NCBI RefSeq assembly: GCF_963921235.1
Contig: NC_086109.1
Coordinates: forward strand, 19,222,001-19,286,000
Source: Mobula hypostoma
Taxonomy: Eukaryota
Reading direction: 5' to 3'
Length of the DNA stretch: 64,000 nucleotides
Under the pieces are notes generated by a model. It was not told the origin of the DNA. It was given only the letters and a program-made list of their open reading frames with translations, and did not search any database. This document shows positions 62,086 through 64,000 of the stretch, one piece after another. The position numbers and the translations under genes are program-made. Position 1 is the stretch's first letter; each line of letters begins with the position of its first letter.

Positions 62086-62328
62086 TGCCATTTGCATCAT
62101 ATTAAATCAGTGAAGATTGTGCTGGGCAGCCCCGTCCCAACATAGCATGCTCACAACTAACTAACCTTAATCATGTGTCTTTGGAATGTGGGAGGAAACT
62201 GGAGGAAATCCATCCAGTTACAGGGAAATTGTATGAACTCCTTAGAGGAAGTGATGGAAATTGAATCCCATCTGGTAATGGTTGGTGCTGCTAAGAGATG
62301 TGCTAACCACTACCATACCATGCCGCTC
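62086..62328 (-). mobile_element. V-SINE/HE1-like SINE
   Basis: ctttggaatgtgggaggaaactgg core; head at ~62300-62328. Confidence 0.65.
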
Positions 62329-62669
62329 ATATGACAGTGTGTAATGTTTGCAACTGAGTGTGACTTTATTCAAATTCACTCAGAAGTTAATAATCTGCAT
62401 GAAAAATCTATCCACAAATAAATGTGGACACACCACAGCTGAGTAAGACTATGAGTCTAGCCGTGTTCATGGAGGCATTTTAATATCACAATGTTAACCC
62501 AAACGGTGCTCTTCTCTCTCAACTAACAGTTATGGATTCAAGTCTCTCTGCAAAGACTCAAGCGTGTAGTCTAGACTGAAACATTTGGGTAATGCTGCAT
62601 TCTTCCCATTATCAAAAGAACAGAAAGATTTATGAATTTAAAACTTTAGCAATTTATGAATAAGTTGTA

Positions 62670-62955
62670 CACGGGAACATGCAGTGAATTGCATTGCTTG
62701 CATCAAATCAGCGAGGATTGTGCTGGGCAGCCCGCTGGCGTCATTGTAATTCCAGCACCGATATCACTTGCCAACAACCCACTGACCCTAAACCTCTGCT
62801 TCTGGAATGTGGAAGGAAAGCAGAACATCCGAAAGAAACCGACACATTCACGGGAGATCGTACTAATTCCTTATGGATAGTGGTGGGTATTGAACCCAGA
62901 TCTTACAAAGTGGTGCTGTAAAGCGCTGAGCTGACTGCTACGCTCTGTGCCGCTC
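62670..62955 (-). mobile_element. V-SINE/HE1-like SINE
   Basis: Head GCGGCACAGAGCGTAGCAGTCAGC..GGTTCAATACC on the minus strand. Confidence 0.6.
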
Positions 62956-62974
62956 ACCCATCGTGCTGTCCACA

Positions 62975-63400
62975 GAGAATAAGAGAGTAGGGCCAGGAGT
63001 AGGCCAATCGGCCCCTCTAGCCTGCACTGTTATTCAACATAATGATGGCTGACCTGCCTCGGGCCTTATCTCCTATTCTGTGCCACTTCCCATGCACTCA
63101 GTTCTCCAATATTTCAAATGAGTCCTTAAGTGATCCAGGCTCCACAACTGTCCACGGTAGACAAATACAGGAACGACCACTCTCTGTCAGAACTTCCAGT
63201 GCACTTTGTTTTTCAATAGATGCCCTCTATTTTTGTAGGGATGTCTCCTCATTTAAGATTCTCCCACTGAAGGAAACTCTTCTCTATCTGTCCTGTCATG
63301 CCTGTCAGGATTTAGAGATTTTAGATAATTTTTCTGAATTATTCTTCTTCTAATTCTCATTCTTTTAAACTGCAAAGGTATTGACCCGATTTATTTAAAT
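62975..63400 (-). mobile_element. Old CR1 3' fragment
   Basis: ccaggagtaggccaatcggcccctctagcctgcac is the reverse complement of the CR1 3' UTR seen at 59240-59280. Confidence 0.55.
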
Positions 63401-63809
63401 GAGCTGCTGAATGGTGACTCGGTGTGTCTTCTCAGAAGAACATTGGAGATCTGAAAATACTACTCTGAACAAAGTATAGGAGTTCTCCTGGCATGTTAGT
63501 CAAAATTACTGTCACCACCACACAAAGTCAGATTAAATGTCTGTTGTCTCATTGCTTCATATACAGCTACCATATGCAACATGGAGACACCAGGCGAACC
63601 ATAAATCCATGTTGACCAAAATATCCATCTGAGTTTGTGCTAATCCATTGACCTGCATTTGGACCATAGCCTATCAAGCTTTAATAATTAAAGTGTTTGC
63701 CTAGATGCTTATTAAACACTGTGAACAGTTCCTAATGGGTTTGCAAGTTAATAAGGTGCTCTTGAAACGGTTGCACTATCTCAATGTAGCAAACATAGAA
63801 CAAATACTT

Positions 63810-64000
63810 TGAATGCAATCAGAATCAGAATAAAGTTTAATACCGCTGGCATATGTTGTGAAATTTGTTGATTTGCGGCAGCAGTATAGCAATACATAAC
63901 AACAACAATAAATTACAATAAGAAATATATGTAAAAAATTAAACTAAATAATCAGTGCAAAGGGAGAGAAAAATAGGGAGGTGGTGTTTATGGTTTCATT
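63810..64000 (-). mobile_element. LINE 3'-tail repeat ((AATCAG)n), running off the window
   Basis: aatcagaatcagaataaagtttaata.., similar to 13695-13870. Confidence 0.55.

Overview
This is vertebrate nuclear DNA, almost certainly from a cartilaginous fish (probably a ray), inferred from HE1/V-SINE-type SINEs and the CR1/Rex1/Penelope repeat mix. I cannot confidently identify any host gene, so the window reads as intronic or intergenic DNA packed with transposable elements. CR1 LINEs are abundant and include one uninterrupted 932-aa ORF2 at 56411-59209. Other retroelements are Rex1/Babar fragments, two R4/Dong-like REL retrotransposon relics, Penelope pseudo-LTR remnants carrying minimal hammerhead ribozymes, tRNA-derived SINEs, RTE-related elements and probable solo LTRs. 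DNA elements are Tc1 and hAT MITEs. The standout is a HERO-clade REL retrotransposon (45464-49942, minus strand) with a pseudo-LTR-like duplicated 3' end. Its 3' UTR holds all hammerhead core elements (CUGAUGA, GAAA, GUH) in a permuted, pseudoknotted order. The same four-helix topology recurs with entirely different stem sequences in a second, apparently HERO-like 3' fragment at about 61009-61077, which is within-window covariation evidence for a non-canonical hammerhead-like ribozyme. Boundaries of degenerate repeats are approximate (tens of bp). Family names come from motif recognition, not database searches.
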